Assembly (NCBI RefSeq): GCF_964355755.1
Contig: NC_092679.1
Location: forward strand, 14,491,432 to 14,555,431
Source: Antedon mediterranea
Taxonomy: Eukaryota > Animalia > Echinodermata
Length of the DNA: 64,000 bases
Direction: 5' to 3'
Both the position numbers and the translations under genes were made by a program. Under the pieces are notes generated by a model. That model did not search any database. It was not told the origin of the DNA and saw nothing but the letters and a program-made list of their open reading frames with translations. Of the stretch, positions 10,979 to 23,863 are shown piece after piece (position 1 is the first letter of the stretch; the number at the start of each line of letters is the position of its first letter).

Positions 10979-13095
10979 TTTCATTGTATTGTTCCAATTT
11001 GATTGTGTGAGGCACACAAAATATAAGTGTGAGGCATGCGAGGCATATAGTTTACAATTTCAAAAAGGTGCGAGGCATATAGTTTACAATTTCAAAAAGG
11101 TGCGAGGCATTTATTAACGTGCTATTATGCTATATTATAGGCCTAATAATCAATTATTTATATTTTTAAAATAGGCCTAGCGTATCGAAATAGATTCGTG
11201 TATACACTCATCATGCTATGTTGTTTATTTTTATGTAACGATTGTTTTTTTCATTCAAGTCATATCGTGGCTGGTATAAGTTGACTACAATGTTCAAATT
11301 GTTTGTTCATAAGGATAATGAAAGAGTTGGTCAAAAAGACTTCACAGAATCAATTCAATACAACAACAACGTATTTATATCAAAACATTTCTCGGAATAG
11401 AAATAGATTGTAAAATTGGTAAAAAAACAAACATTTTAAATGTATACAAATTGATAAAGACATCAGTATAATAATAATATATAAATTGAGAAAACTGCTA
11501 AAAAGTAGTGTATAATTTATTTATTTATGCATTGATATTACCATATATTAATGATTGTTGTGACATTTGGGGTAACACTTATAAAAGTACAGTACAAAAT
11601 GTTTACAAAAAAAAGGTACTGTAATTTATAAAATTATCAATAGTGTAAGATGATAGCATTAGCCATAGTAGTAAATGATACTGGATACCAGAGGAAGTAG
11701 AGGTTTCGTTTTGAGGTTTTTCATCTACAGTATTATATATAATGCCTTCAATTCAGAATAAGGAAATAGAATTAACTACCTTCACGGCCAAACTGATAAT
11801 AGAGGACTAAAACAAAGTGGAATGCGTCAATTTCTCATGCATTTATTGGTGAAAAACACGTTTAATCTCAATATATTTGTTAATTTGTCAATAAAAATGC
11901 TGTAATATACTGCTGATACTGTTCTGTTTTCAAAGAATAATAATCGATCCTAAATTTTGGGAAATGATAAAATGATGCCTCACATTTTTTGATGATGGTA
12001 AAACGATGCCTCGCATACATTTCTGACTTGCCTTGCTTTTGCGCATATCCTAGGCCTGCTGTTGTGCATAGTTCTCTGTGCCCTGGGGACCTGTGAACAC
12101 CTGCACATAGCCGACCTAGCCCATTAAACAATTATTACGCAATAAACATTAAGCTATATATGCTTTGCAATTAGGGTAATATGTAGGCCTACACACATAA
12201 ATATAAGTTTAATTTATAGTATAATAATTAGATATCAAATTAATAGTTTTCATACAATAATATCGTGGATTTATATAGCGCCTAATGTTGTGAAACATTA
12301 TTACCCTAGTCTATTGGATCAAACGTGTATGGAAACATCCAAAATTGAAATGACACATGAAATAAATAATGTCATATTGCAGTTCTTGGTATAACAAGTG
12401 AGCATCTTCATCTGCAATCAAAGTTGCTATTTCATTGCCAGAATTTTACCTGTTTGGTGACCAAGTCAACAACTTTTTTGGCTTATATTATAATGCTGTT
12501 TCCAAGATTCATCGAGCATAAAGGACATTATATTGTGCCAACAAGGATGAAGAACCATCAGTTAAAGATACTGCATATCAACGGTATTTCAAAGGGTTTG
12601 GGTAATTTTCTAACTTGCCATCGCTACCGGTGACCGGTAAACAACCTTTGTTCTTATGTCATCCACACCAGCATTTGTTATAAATCTTTATGAATTTGAA
12701 ATAATTTGAAATTGTGAATAAATTGGTAATTAATTACAGTATTTAAATTTCTACAACAAGCAGTATTTAACTTCCTTGGCAAAAAATTTCAGGAAATGGA
12801 ATCGAAATTTTGAATGCAGATGGAGCATTAAATCTATTAGGGGCCTACTATTACTTTGCCATCATTAACAAAATATTTTAAGACAGAAGAAGCAATATAG
12901 TGGAAAATCTGTAGTTAAAGAAAACACTGGGGAGCAAATGGCAACATCTTCAATGGCATTTCGAATGAGAAATGATCTGTACTTGCAAAGAAACAAAGAT
13001 ATGAATTATGAATGAATTCGAAACATGCATCTTTTGTTCAGTCCAAAATTAACAAGACATCTGATTAATAATAATTAATAGTAATTCACTTACAG

Positions 13096-13279
13096 TAGGT
13101 GGTCTATAAGTAAAACCAACCGTTCGGCCATTTTTAATTTATGCTAATGAACCCACTTCACGATGTCCGATGTTGGTAAACTTTGGATATGATGTTAATT
13201 TGGACCATATCAACCAGACAAAACAAAAACAAATTATGTTGCAATTTGTTCTAGGTTCAACCATACTTTTACTGGACTA
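13096..13279. mobile_element. Small TAG..CTA element nested in the Academ-like element
   Basis: The right end reads TAGTCCAGTAAAA on the minus strand; the left end starts TAG with imperfect similarity. CAG flanks both ends. Confidence 0.4.
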
Positions 13280-14075
13280 CAGGTAGAAACCATTTTTAAC
13301 TTGCTATGTTAATTAAAAGTCAAGTTATAAGCCAAAATACGTTTAAAATGATGGCGGCCATCTTGGATTTCAACATGGCGGCTGAAATAGAATATTTACA
13401 ACTTTAATAACAATATATTTGGAATCCTCAGTTATCACAAACATAGGTACTGTAGACATCATTTCTAACCTACTATGTTACTAAAATGTCAAGTTATAAG
13501 CCAAAATACGTTTTAAATAGCGACCATCTTGAATTCCAACATGGAGGCTGAAATAGAATATTTACAACTGTAATAACAATATATTTGGAATCTTCAGTAT
13601 CACAAACATAGGTATAGAAACTATTTTTAACTTGCTATGTTAATTAAAAGTCAAGTTATAAGCCAAAATACGTTTAAAATGGCGGCCATCTTGTATTTCA
13701 ACATGGCGGCTGAAATAGAATATTTTCAACTTTAATAACAATATAGTTGGAATCTTCACTATCACAAACATAGGTATAGACACCATTTTTAACTTGCTAC
13801 GTCACTTAAAAGTCAAGTTATAAGCCAAAATAAGTCTGAAATGGCGGCCATTTTGTTTTTCACATTTTAAGGGTGAAGATCTAAAAATTGAACCGGGTAA
13901 ACAGCAAATTTGAATTCAGCATCCCAAAATTACCCTAAAACACATGTTTATTCGCTTTTAACACGAAATGCCTACAGCATTTCATTTTTCTCAAATCTGG
14001 ACTAGTCTATACTGAGGACATGTAGGAGAAGGTTAAAGGCTACTCTAAGTATTGTACCAAATCGTCTTTTTTAAT

Positions 14076-14358
14076 GATGAGGTAGCGATTCACAGGCTGA
14101 GGTGATATCAATCATCTCCTGCTAACATTGTCGAAATTTTTGTGGAAGGTTCAACCGATTAAAAATAAGGCAATATTCTTGTCAAGCAACAAGACAAAAG
14201 ATCAACTCACAATTTATCTTGCCGACAAAACAGTGCGAAATTGTAAACATCCTATTGTAGCAGTCACGCGACAAGATGTGAACACAAACACACCGACTGG
14301 TTTGTTTTAATTTTAATGCGCCTATAACGGTTGGGGGAAAATACTGGAATTTTAACTG
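14076..14358 (+). repeat. Duplicate of 15205-15488 (Academ-like ORF fragment)
   Basis: Near-identical sequence and peptides (NK.IFLSSNKTKDQLTIYLADK). It is bracketed by a ~55-bp direct repeat at ~14016 and ~14360. Confidence 0.8.
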
Positions 14359-15199
14359 GGGACATGTAGGAGAAGGTTAAAGGCTACTCTAAGTATTGTA
14401 CCAAATCGTCTTCTGACATAATATTTACCTACTAACTTACCTTGTTCACATGCGAATCATCAATGATGTATTACCTTCTATATGTGTCTTCTTTATTTAT
14501 CAATATTCATATTCATATTTTTCTTTCAATCGTCAAGTTTCTCTTTCCATTATCTGTCGGTCATTTCTCTCGAAACTTAATGCAATATTCACTTGTTCAT
14601 TGAGTTGCGAGATATGGTCCAGTTTGTCATAAACATGATGAAGGAAGGAAACTCATGATCTGATAAAATACCAAAGAAACATAGAAAGATATATACACGA
14701 GTCCTTTACATTTATCAAATTGTCGCCATTTTTAAAAAATATTGTGAGTTTATGGCATTAAAAGATGTTATGGAGATAGCAATTCAATTATATAAGTAAC
14801 AATAAATGTTCAAATTATATTTCACATCATGTGTGTAACAGAACAGGCCAAAATGGCTGACATTTCAACCAAAATGGCCGCCATTTTATCCAACATGGCC
14901 GCCATTTTTATCTGAAATGGCCATATAATCAAATTGGGGGTTCTTGATTAAATACATATAACAGTACCAACATAACAATATAACAATATTTGTGTTTAAT
15001 TACTTTACTTATTCGTCGTCACTTTCGTCATCACTATCACTGTATGAATCGGATGTAGACAACAATGGTCGTATTTTGTTGCATATCGTCTTTAAGCGAA
15101 AGTGTCTTCTCATAGTTGTCAAAGATGACAAATGCCTCCGCAAAATCTTTGCAGGTGGTAAAAGTCAGAACATCCATAAGAGTTTAAACTGCCATTCCA

Positions 15200-16127
15200 T
15201 CGATGATGAGGTAGCGATTCACAGGCTGAGGTAATATCAATCATCTCCTGCTAACATTGTGGACATTTTTGTGGAAGGTTCCACATCGATTAAAAATAAG
15301 GTAATATTCTTGTCAAGCAACAAGACAAAAGATCAACTCACAATTTATCTTGCCGACAAAACAGTGCGAAATTGTCTACATCCTATTGTAGCAGTCACGC
15401 GACAAGATGAACACAAACACACCGACTGGTTTGTTTTAATTTGAATGCGCCTATAACGGTTGGGAGAAAATAGTGGAATTTTAACTGGCACAGCTGAAAA
15501 AAAGAAAAAGAATTGCTCTTCAACCAATATACGATCACCTTGGACCAGAAACGGTAGCCGGACTACATGGTTCCCATGCTATCACTGGATGTGATATTAC
15601 GGGTCACAGGAAAAAAAACAGCTTTTAAGATGTATATGAAGTCACCTCCTCACATCATAGAAGCTATAGCCAAATTCGGAGAAGACAATGTGCCATCTTT
15701 CAATGTGAAGGCAGGATGCAAGGAGTTTCTGTGCAGTCTTCTTGGAACTAAAAGGGTGTCAGCCAAAGATTCATCAATCCTGAGATGCAAACGGTTCAAA
15801 ACACTGCCAAATAATCAAGGTGTGGATAAATTACCAACTTCTGGAACGTTGCACCAGCACATACTACGTGCACATCTCCATGCCAATATATGGAATCAAG
15901 ATGTCACTATTGACCAAATAATTCCCGATCCATGCCAACTAGGCTGGTTTATAGAGAACTGGAAAAAAAGACCAGTATTATCCGAGAAGCAGGCTGCTCC
16001 ACAAGCAGTTGTGGAGCTACGGTGTTCATGTTTAATAAGTGCATTTTCCCATAATGCATGCACGTGCAAGAAAACCAATCTACAATGTACCGAGATGTGT
16101 AACTGCGAAGCAGACGAGAATAACTAG
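15200..16127 (+). mobile_element. Decayed Academ-like C-terminus (XPG-like region plus Cys8/CXC finger)
   Basis: LPTSGTLHQHILRAHLHANIW...DPCQLGW...AP.AVVELRCSC......CTCKK..L.CTEMCNC ending at stop 16127. Confidence 0.75.
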
Positions 16128-16299
16128 GCTAGAAATACTTTCAGCAAAGAATAATTACGCGTGCGTGCGTGCGTGAGAACGTTTTAAGTTCGATTGATTT
16201 AATTATAATTTTAAAACAGTTCGTCACATTAGTACTGGTAATAACGTGTGTCACCTGAATATTCATACTTCACGACGTCATAATATTATACTTACAAGG

Positions 16300-17002
16300 A
16301 TGGAAAAGGCAGAAAAATAAAAAAGAAACGTTAATTTCACAGCCTCAGAAATATCAGCATTGATTGACGGAGTCAGTAAAAGAAATAATGTAATAAACGG
16401 CAGTTTGAGCAACCTGATCACAGGACAGTAAAAAAACGGGCTTGGGAGGGTGGCAATAGATGTTGCTGCCGTATCTAAAGTTCCTAGAAGTATCGAGGAA
16501 TTTTTAAAAAAATGTTTAAACGTTAAAAGTTACCAGCAATAAATTCGGTGCTTTACACAGAATGGAAACGTACCTGCACCTCTTGATGAAGAGTGTCAGA
16601 AATGGTGGCATCGAGAGAACAGATGTATCCATCATAACAACTTATGATGAAGGTAATGTTTTAATATCCTATTACTATACGTATATAATAAAATACCGTC
16701 CATCCAGAACGTCCATCATTGATTAAATATTTTGATTAACAGAAAATGGGACTAGCGAAATTCCATGGGAAGACGTGATGGGATGCATCACCAATACAGG
16801 TCAGCAGCCTACAAAGGCGTCCTCATCTACTCCGACCTCTGAAATCAATTTCGAGCTAGAGCTAGGTCTAGTAAGAGTCCAACAGGAGAGTTTGGAAATT
16901 GAAAAGCAGAGGTTGCAAATTGAAAAGGAGAGGTTCCAAATTGAGAAAGCAAAGATTTTAGGCAATGAAGAAAACCAAAATCAGTTTTATAACTTCATAT
17001 AA
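16300..17002 (+). pseudogene. Myb/SANT-like DNA-binding protein remnant (PIF/Harbinger ORF or MSANTD4-like)
   Basis: ATG at 16300, KRNVNFTASEISALIDGV......I.G.LSNLIT...K.AW..VA..V.AVS..PRS.EE..KK with stops and a frameshift. Probable intron ~16653-16743. C-terminal LEIEKQRLQIEKERFQIEK. Confidence 0.7.
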
Positions 17003-17195
17003 TAGAATATAAATATAAATATGAAAAACGTACAGTTCAAATTGGACGGAAATCTAAAAATCACATATTAACAGTTTTATATTTATCAATTGTTAAATGT
17101 ATATAGATTATAAATAAATATATTAATATAAATAATAATAATATTCAAATATATATATAAAGTATGTTACCTCAATATTATATGCATTAAAAAAA

Positions 17196-20100
17196 TTTAT
17201 TATGCTATAGTAACCATTTATGTAAAAAAATGACCATTTTACTATAGTATAATTGACATGCGCAGACTAGAACCCAATGGCCCATTTTTCGGAAATGGGC
17301 CATTTTACGACCCTTTTATTCATTTATTTATGTCAAAATATAAAAGGGTCGTAAGATGGCCATTTTTGGAAAAAAATCTCTGTACTATAGTACAGGAAAA
17401 TATTCATGCGCAGAACACAAATTCGACCTTTTTATTTTTCGATAAAACTGGTTTCTATAGCATAATTGACATGCGCAGAACCCAATATTCCACTCTGCCC
17501 ATGTTTATTATGCTATAGTAACCATTTATGTCAAAATATAAAAGGGTCGTAAAATGGCCCATTTTCGAAAATTTCCCTGTACTATAGTACAGGAAAATAT
17601 TCATGCGCAGAACACAAATTCGACCCTTTTATTTTTCGATAAAACTGGTTTCTATAGCATAATTGACATGCGCAGAACCCAATATTCCACTCTGCCCATG
17701 TTTATTATGCTATAGTAACCAATTATGTCAAAATATAAAAGGGTCGTAAAATGGCCCATTTTCGAAAATTTCCCTGTACTTATAGTACAGGAAAATATTC
17801 ATGCGCAGAACACAAATTCGACCCTTTTATTTTTCGATAAAACAGGTTACTATAGCATAATTGACATGCGCAGAACCCAATATTCCACTCTGCGCATGTT
17901 TATTATGCTATAGTAACCATTTATGTCAAAATATAAAAGGGTCGTAAAATGGCCCATTTTCGAAAATTTCCCTGTACTATAGTACAGGAAAATTTTCATG
18001 CGCAGAACACAAATTCGACCTTTTTATTTTTCGATAAAACTGGTTACTATAGCATAATTGACATGCGCAGAACCCAATATTCGACTCTACGCATGTTTAT
18101 TATGCTATAGTAACCATTTATGTCAAAATATAAAAGGGTCGTAAAATGGCCCATTTTCGAAAATTTCCCTGTACTATAGTACAGGAAAATATTCATGCGC
18201 AGAACACAAATTCAACCCTTTTATTTTTCGATAAAACTGGTTTCTATAGCATAATTGACATGCGCAGAACCCAATATTCCACTCTGCCCATGTTTATTAT
18301 GCTATAGTAACCATTTATGTCAAAATATAAAAGGGTCGTAAAATGGCCCATTTTCGAAAATTTCCCTGTACTATAGTACAGGAAAATATTCATGCGCAGA
18401 ACACAAATTCGACCCTTTTATTTTTCGATAAAACTGGTTTCTATAGCATAATTGACATGCGCAGAACCCAATATTCCACTCTGCCCATGTTTATTATGCT
18501 ATAGTAACCATTTATGTCAAAATATAAAAGGGTCGTAAAATGGCCCATTTTCGAAAATTTCCCTGTACTATAGTACAGGAAAATATTCATGCGCAGAACA
18601 CAAATTCGACCCTTTTATTTTTCGATAAAACAGGTTACTATAGCATAATTAACATGCGCAGAACCCAATATTCCACTCTGCGCATGTTTATTATGCTATA
18701 GTAACCATTTATGTCAAAATATAAAAGGGTCGTAAAATGGCCCATTTTCGAAAATTTCCCTGTACTATAGTACAGGAATTTTTTCCAAAAATGGCCAAAT
18801 TTCAACCTTTTTATTTTTTCGAAAAAAATGGTTACTATAGCATAATTGACATGCGCAGAACCCAATTTTCGACTCTGCGCATGTTTATTATGCTATAGTA
18901 ACCATTTATGTCAAACAATTAAAGGGTCGAAAAACGGCCCTTTTCCGAAAATTTCCATGTACTATAGTACAGGAAAATTTTCATGCGCAGAACACAAATT
19001 CGACCTTTTTATTTTTCAATAAAACTGGTTACTATAGCATAATTGACATGCCCAGAACCCAATATTCCACTCTGCACATGTTTATTATGCTATAGTAACC
19101 ATTTACGTCAAAATATAAAAGGGTCGTAAAATGGCCCATTTTCGAAAATTTCCCTGTACTATAGTACAGGGATTTTTTCCAAAAATGGCCAAATTTCAAT
19201 CTTTTTATTTTTCGAAAAAATGGTTACTATAGCATAATTGACATGCGCAGAACCCAATATTCGACTCTGCGCATGTTTATTATGCTATAGTAACCATTTA
19301 TCTCAAAATATAAAAGGGTCGTAAAATGGCCCATTTTCGAAAATTTCACTGTACTATAGTACAGGAAAATATTCATGTGCAGAACACAAATTCGGCCTTT
19401 TTATTTTTCGATAAAACTGGTTTCTATAGCATAATTGACATGCGCAGAACCCAATATTCCACTCTGCCCATGTTTATTATGCTATAGTAACCATTTATGT
19501 CAAAATATAAAAGGGTCGTAAAATGGCCCATTTTCGAAAATTTCCCTGTACTATAGTACAGGAAAATATTCATGCGCAGAACACAAATTCGACCCTTTTA
19601 TTTTTCGATAAAACTGGTTTCTATAGCATAATTGACATGCGCAAAACCCAATTTTCGACTCTGCGCATGTTTATTATGCTATAGTAACCATTTATGTCAA
19701 AATATAAAAGGGTCGTAAGATGGCCATTTTTGGAAAAAATCCCTGTACTATAGTACAGGAAAATATTCATGCGCAGAACACAAATTCGACCATTTTATTT
19801 TTCGATAAAACTGCTTTCTATAGCATAATTGACATGCGCAGAACCCAATATTCCACTCTGCACATGTTTATTATGCTATAGTAACCATTTATGTCAAAAT
19901 ATAAAAGGGTCGTAAAATGGCCCATTTTTGAAAATTTCCCTGTACTATAGTACAGGAAAATTTTCATGCGCAGAACACAAATTCGACCTTTTTATTTTTC
20001 GATAAAACTGGTTACTATAGCATAATTGACATGCGCAGAACCCAATATTCGACTCTGCGCATGTTTATTATGCTATAGTAACCATTTATGTCAAAATATA

Positions 20101-20740
20101 AAAGGGTCGTAAAATGGCCCATTTTCGAAAATTTCCCTGTACTATAGTACAGGGATTTTTTCCAAAAATGGCCAAATTTCAACCTTTTTATTTTTTCGAA
20201 AAAAATGGTTACTATAGCATAATTGACATGCGCAGAACCCAATTTTCGACTCTGCGCATGTTTATTATGCTATAGTAACCATTTATGTCAAAAAATTAAA
20301 GGGTCGAAAAACGGCCCTTTTCCGAAAATGTCCATGTACTATAGTACAGGAAAATTTTCATGCGCAGAACACAAATTCGACCTTTTTATTTTTCAATAAA
20401 ACTGGTTACTATAGCATAATTGACATGCGCAGAACCCAATATTCCACTCTGCACATGTTTATTATGCTATAGTAACCATTTACGTCAAAATATAAAAGGG
20501 TCGTAAAATGGCCCATTTTCGAAAATTTCCCTGTACTATAGTACAAGGATTTTTTCCAAAAATGGCCAAATTTCAACCTTTTTATTTTTCGAAAAAATGG
20601 TTACTATAGCATAATTGACATGCGCAGAACCCAATATTCGACTCTGCGCATGTTTATTATGCTATAGTAACCATTTATGTCAAAAAATAAAAGGGTCGAA
20701 AAACGGCCCTTTTCCGAAAATTTCCCTGTACTAGTAACTA
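17196..20740. repeat. 197-bp satellite, ~18 copies, internally palindromic; degenerate tail to ~21100
   Basis: gggtcg recurs at 17544, 17741, 17939, 18136, 18333, 18530, 18727. Each unit holds CCTGTACTATAGTACAGG and a long inverted arm pair. Confidence 0.95.
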
Positions 20741-21103
20741 GTTACTATATCATAAATTGGCATGCGTAGACACACATAATGAGTTCAACGCATTTTACCT
20801 CAATACTATATGCATTTTTAAAAATGTCGATATTTGGCAAATTTTTGAACATTTTCCTGTACAGGAAAATTGTCAATTATGATATAGTAACCAGTTATGT
20901 CGAAAAATAAAAGGGTCAACATTTTAGGTAAAATGCGAAGAACACATTATGTGCGTCTGCGCATGCCAATATAGTAACCAGTTATGTCGAAAAATAGAAG
21001 GGTCTAAATGTTGCTATTTTTGTTTTTAAAAAAACCTGTGTACTCAATTGTACAGGGACATTTTTGAAAGATGGCAAAAATGTCAACCTTTCCATTTTTT
21101 TGG

Positions 21104-22140
21104 TACGTTTGTTACATTTTGTTATATTACGTTTGTTACATTTTGTTATATTACGTTTTTTACATTTTGTTATATTACGTTTGTTACATTTTCTTATATT
21201 ACGTTTGTTACATTTTGTTATATTACGTTTGTTACATTTTGTTATATTACGTTTGTTACATTTTGTTATATTACGTTTGTTACATTTTGTTATATTACGT
21301 TTGTTACATTTTGTTATATTACGTTTGTTACATTTTGTTACATTACGTTTGTTACATTTTGTTATATTACGTTTGTTACATTTTGTTATATTACGTTTGT
21401 TAAATTTTGTTATGTTACGTTTGTTACATTTTGTTATATTACGTTTGTTAAATTTTGTTCTATTACGTTTGTTACATTTTGTTATATTTACGTTTGTAAC
21501 ATTTTTTTATATTACGTTCGTTACAATTTAATTTACGTTCGTTACAATTCAAGTTACGTTTGTTACACTTTAAGTTACGTTCGATACAATTTGTGTTACG
21601 TTCGTTACAGTTTGTGTTACGTTCGATACAATTTGTGTTACGTTCGTTACTGTTTGTGTTACGTTCGTTACAATTTAAGTTACGTCCGTTTACAATTTAA
21701 GTTACGTTTGTTACAATTTAGGTTACGTTCGATACAATTTGTGTTACCTTCGTTACAGTTTGTGTTACGTTCGATACAATTTGTGTTACGTTCGTTACAG
21801 TTTGTGTTACGTTCGATACAATTTGTGTTACGTTCGTTACAGTTTGTGTTACGTTCGTTACAATTTAATTTACGTTCGTTACAATTCAATTTACGTACGT
21901 TACAATTTGTGTTACGTTTGTTACAGTTTGTGTTACGTTCGTTACAATTTATGTTACGTTCGTTACAGTTTGTGTTACGTTCGTTACAGTTTGTGTTGCG
22001 TTCGTTACAATTTGTGTTACGTTCGTTACAGTTTGTGTTACGTTCGTTACAATTTGTGTTACGTTCGTTACAGTTTGTGTTACGTTCGTTACAATTGAAG
22101 TTACGTTCGTTACAGTTGTGTTACTTTAGTTACAGTTTGT
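21104..22140. repeat. Minisatellite: 24-bp unit (to ~21510) changing to a 21-bp unit
   Basis: tacgtttgttacattttgttatat, then tacgttcgttacaatttgtgt; matches the 8-aa and 7-aa periodicities in the spurious ORFs. Confidence 0.95.
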
Positions 22141-22500
22141 ATTCAATCTAAACTCGATAGACTAAAATGTAACTATAATATAATGTATTTCCATAGAACT
22201 AATATAATAATTTAGAGTTACAAAAGGGCTTTAAGTAGGCTAAACTAGACTGACCGACTACAGTAGTAAGTGAAAACAATACCAAGTACAGTATACAAAT
22301 TAAACTCAGTAATGTTTCAGTTGCTATTCAATAGACAACATTCATTAATGAACTTTATTCCACAATACTTGCAGACTATATAATTATGCATTTCGTTTGA
22401 CATATCTGATGATAAATGAAATAATCAAACTACAAACACATTATGTACTTATTGTACTGTTTGTAATCTTTTTATGTCATGTTTGTTTTGTAGCTGTATT

Positions 22501-22550
22501 TATTATTGGTTATCCGCACTTGGCGGATAACCCCTTGTTATTGTCAGGAT
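22501..22550 (+). mobile_element. Isolated 5' end of the Helentron-type element seen at 59824
   Basis: ttatt.gttatccgcacttggcggataac.ccttgttattgt is almost identical to 59824-59866. Confidence 0.65.
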
Positions 22551-22648
22551 CTTTTTTTTTTTTGTCTTGAATTTTATACCCAGGAAACCGCATATCATGT
22601 ATGTATTTATATGACGATGAATAAAGAATCTTAAATCTTGAATCTTAT

Positions 22649-22929
22649 GGGCCTGCTCAGAGTTAGTTAAGCGTGGTTCCCACTAGCGACGCAACACAAG
22701 GACGTAACGCAACGCAAGTGAATTGACCTATCACAAGCGATGGCTTATTCGCTTGTGATTGCTTACTGTATATAACTTCGCTTGTCATTGGTTAAAACGC
22801 TTGCGTTGCGTTTACGTCCTTGCGTTACGTTCTAGTGGGAACCAAGCTTTATTTACCCGGGTAAGTTGGTTCCTACCCGCCAATAACCAATAACTAACCT
22901 AGGCAGGTAAATAAGCCTGAACGGGACCC
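22649..22929. mobile_element. Outer MITE interrupted by the 22670 MITE
   Basis: Left gggcctgctcagag..ttatttaccc (after removing the insert) is an imperfect inverted match to right ggtaaataagcctgaacgggaccc. Confidence 0.5.
22670..22848. mobile_element. PIF/Harbinger-type MITE
   Basis: ~50-bp imperfect TIRs agc.tggttcccactag...; TTA duplicated at 22667-22669 and 22849-22851. Confidence 0.85.
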
Positions 22930-23335
22930 TTGGGACCTTTCTCGTCATGGGGATTTCGGAATGGCTCGGCAAGCATGTGGGGTACCTCAGAATTTGGCCT
23001 AATAGAAATACTAACATAATACTTACAATATTTACATTAAAAACAATATTATAAGAAAGAAAATAAAGTTATTGATAGTCGATGGTAGGTTCAACTTACT
23101 CAATACAGGGTACACATGAGGTAACGAAGATGACGTATGTGCTGCTATGTGTACAGTACCCAACCTCTCTTCAATCCCACCTTCAATTTAAAAGAGGTTA
23201 TAAGCTTAATAATAATGAAAGTTTACTTTGGTAATGAATGTTTTGTATTTTGTTAAAAGCCTGACTCGAATTCTCCAATATTAAACAAAGTCTCCCCCAT
23301 TCTTTATTTATATATTAATCTATCACTACGAGTGC

Positions 23336-23663
23336 CTAGCTTTTAAAATGTTTTTCCATTAAATTTAATGTTGAGTCCCCGGTGATATCAACAAACTTTT
23401 GAGTAGCAATTGACTCTTGGTATTTACTAGTCTGGTACCTCATGTGAGGTTTCTCGTCCGTGATTGCCTTTAGAATAACGTTGGTTATGTCTTCAGCCGG
23501 TTGTACAACTTCGTGAAACCGGGCTGTTATTGACGTCAGGTAACCTGTGAAGCGTTTTTTGGTTGCGTCGTCAATTTTGTCGGAGGCGATCGCTATTCGG
23601 TATTCGGCGGCTACCTTCTTGGAGAGGTCTGTCAGGACTGGACCGGGTTCAATTATGCTAAAA
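23336..23663 (-). CDS. RDH8-like: RDH8/HSD17B1-like SDR, last coding exon
   Basis: FSIIEPGPVLT...AITDEKPHMRYQTS...HFKS*. The five exons total 867 nt (288 aa plus stop) with consistent phases. Confidence 0.92.
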
Positions 23664-23863
23664 CTAAATAGAAAAAAGGAACAAAATACTATGTCAAACA
23701 AGCATAGGATTGCAATTTTGATCATAAATTTAAAATGTTTCTTTAAAAAAAACCAGTAAAACATTCATGCGACTCCAAAACGTTATGACGGAGTGAAAGT
23801 TAAATAAATCGTTTGTTTAGCCTTATACGACGGATAGAAAACAACAAAAAATTAAAAACTCAC

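Larger units (their letters stand above)
9826..14009. mobile_element. Non-autonomous Academ-like DNA transposon with long TIRs
   Basis: Ends TAGACTAGTCCAGAT / ATCTGGACTAGTCTA, flanked by TAC on both sides (9823-9825, 14010-14012). ~9863-10483 is a near-identical inverted copy of ~13340-13980, built from ~162-bp subrepeats. Confidence 0.85.

Noticed and set aside
17258-20242. Short ORFs within the satellite
   Set aside because: Repeat-derived with no protein-like features.
17196-20740. CRISPR-like array (regular palindromic repeats)
   Set aside because: The sequence between palindromes is itself repeated rather than unique spacers; no cas genes; eukaryotic context.
21048-22151. 367-aa ORF and overlapping ORFs
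   Set aside because: Products of stop-free 24/21-bp minisatellite units; open in several frames.
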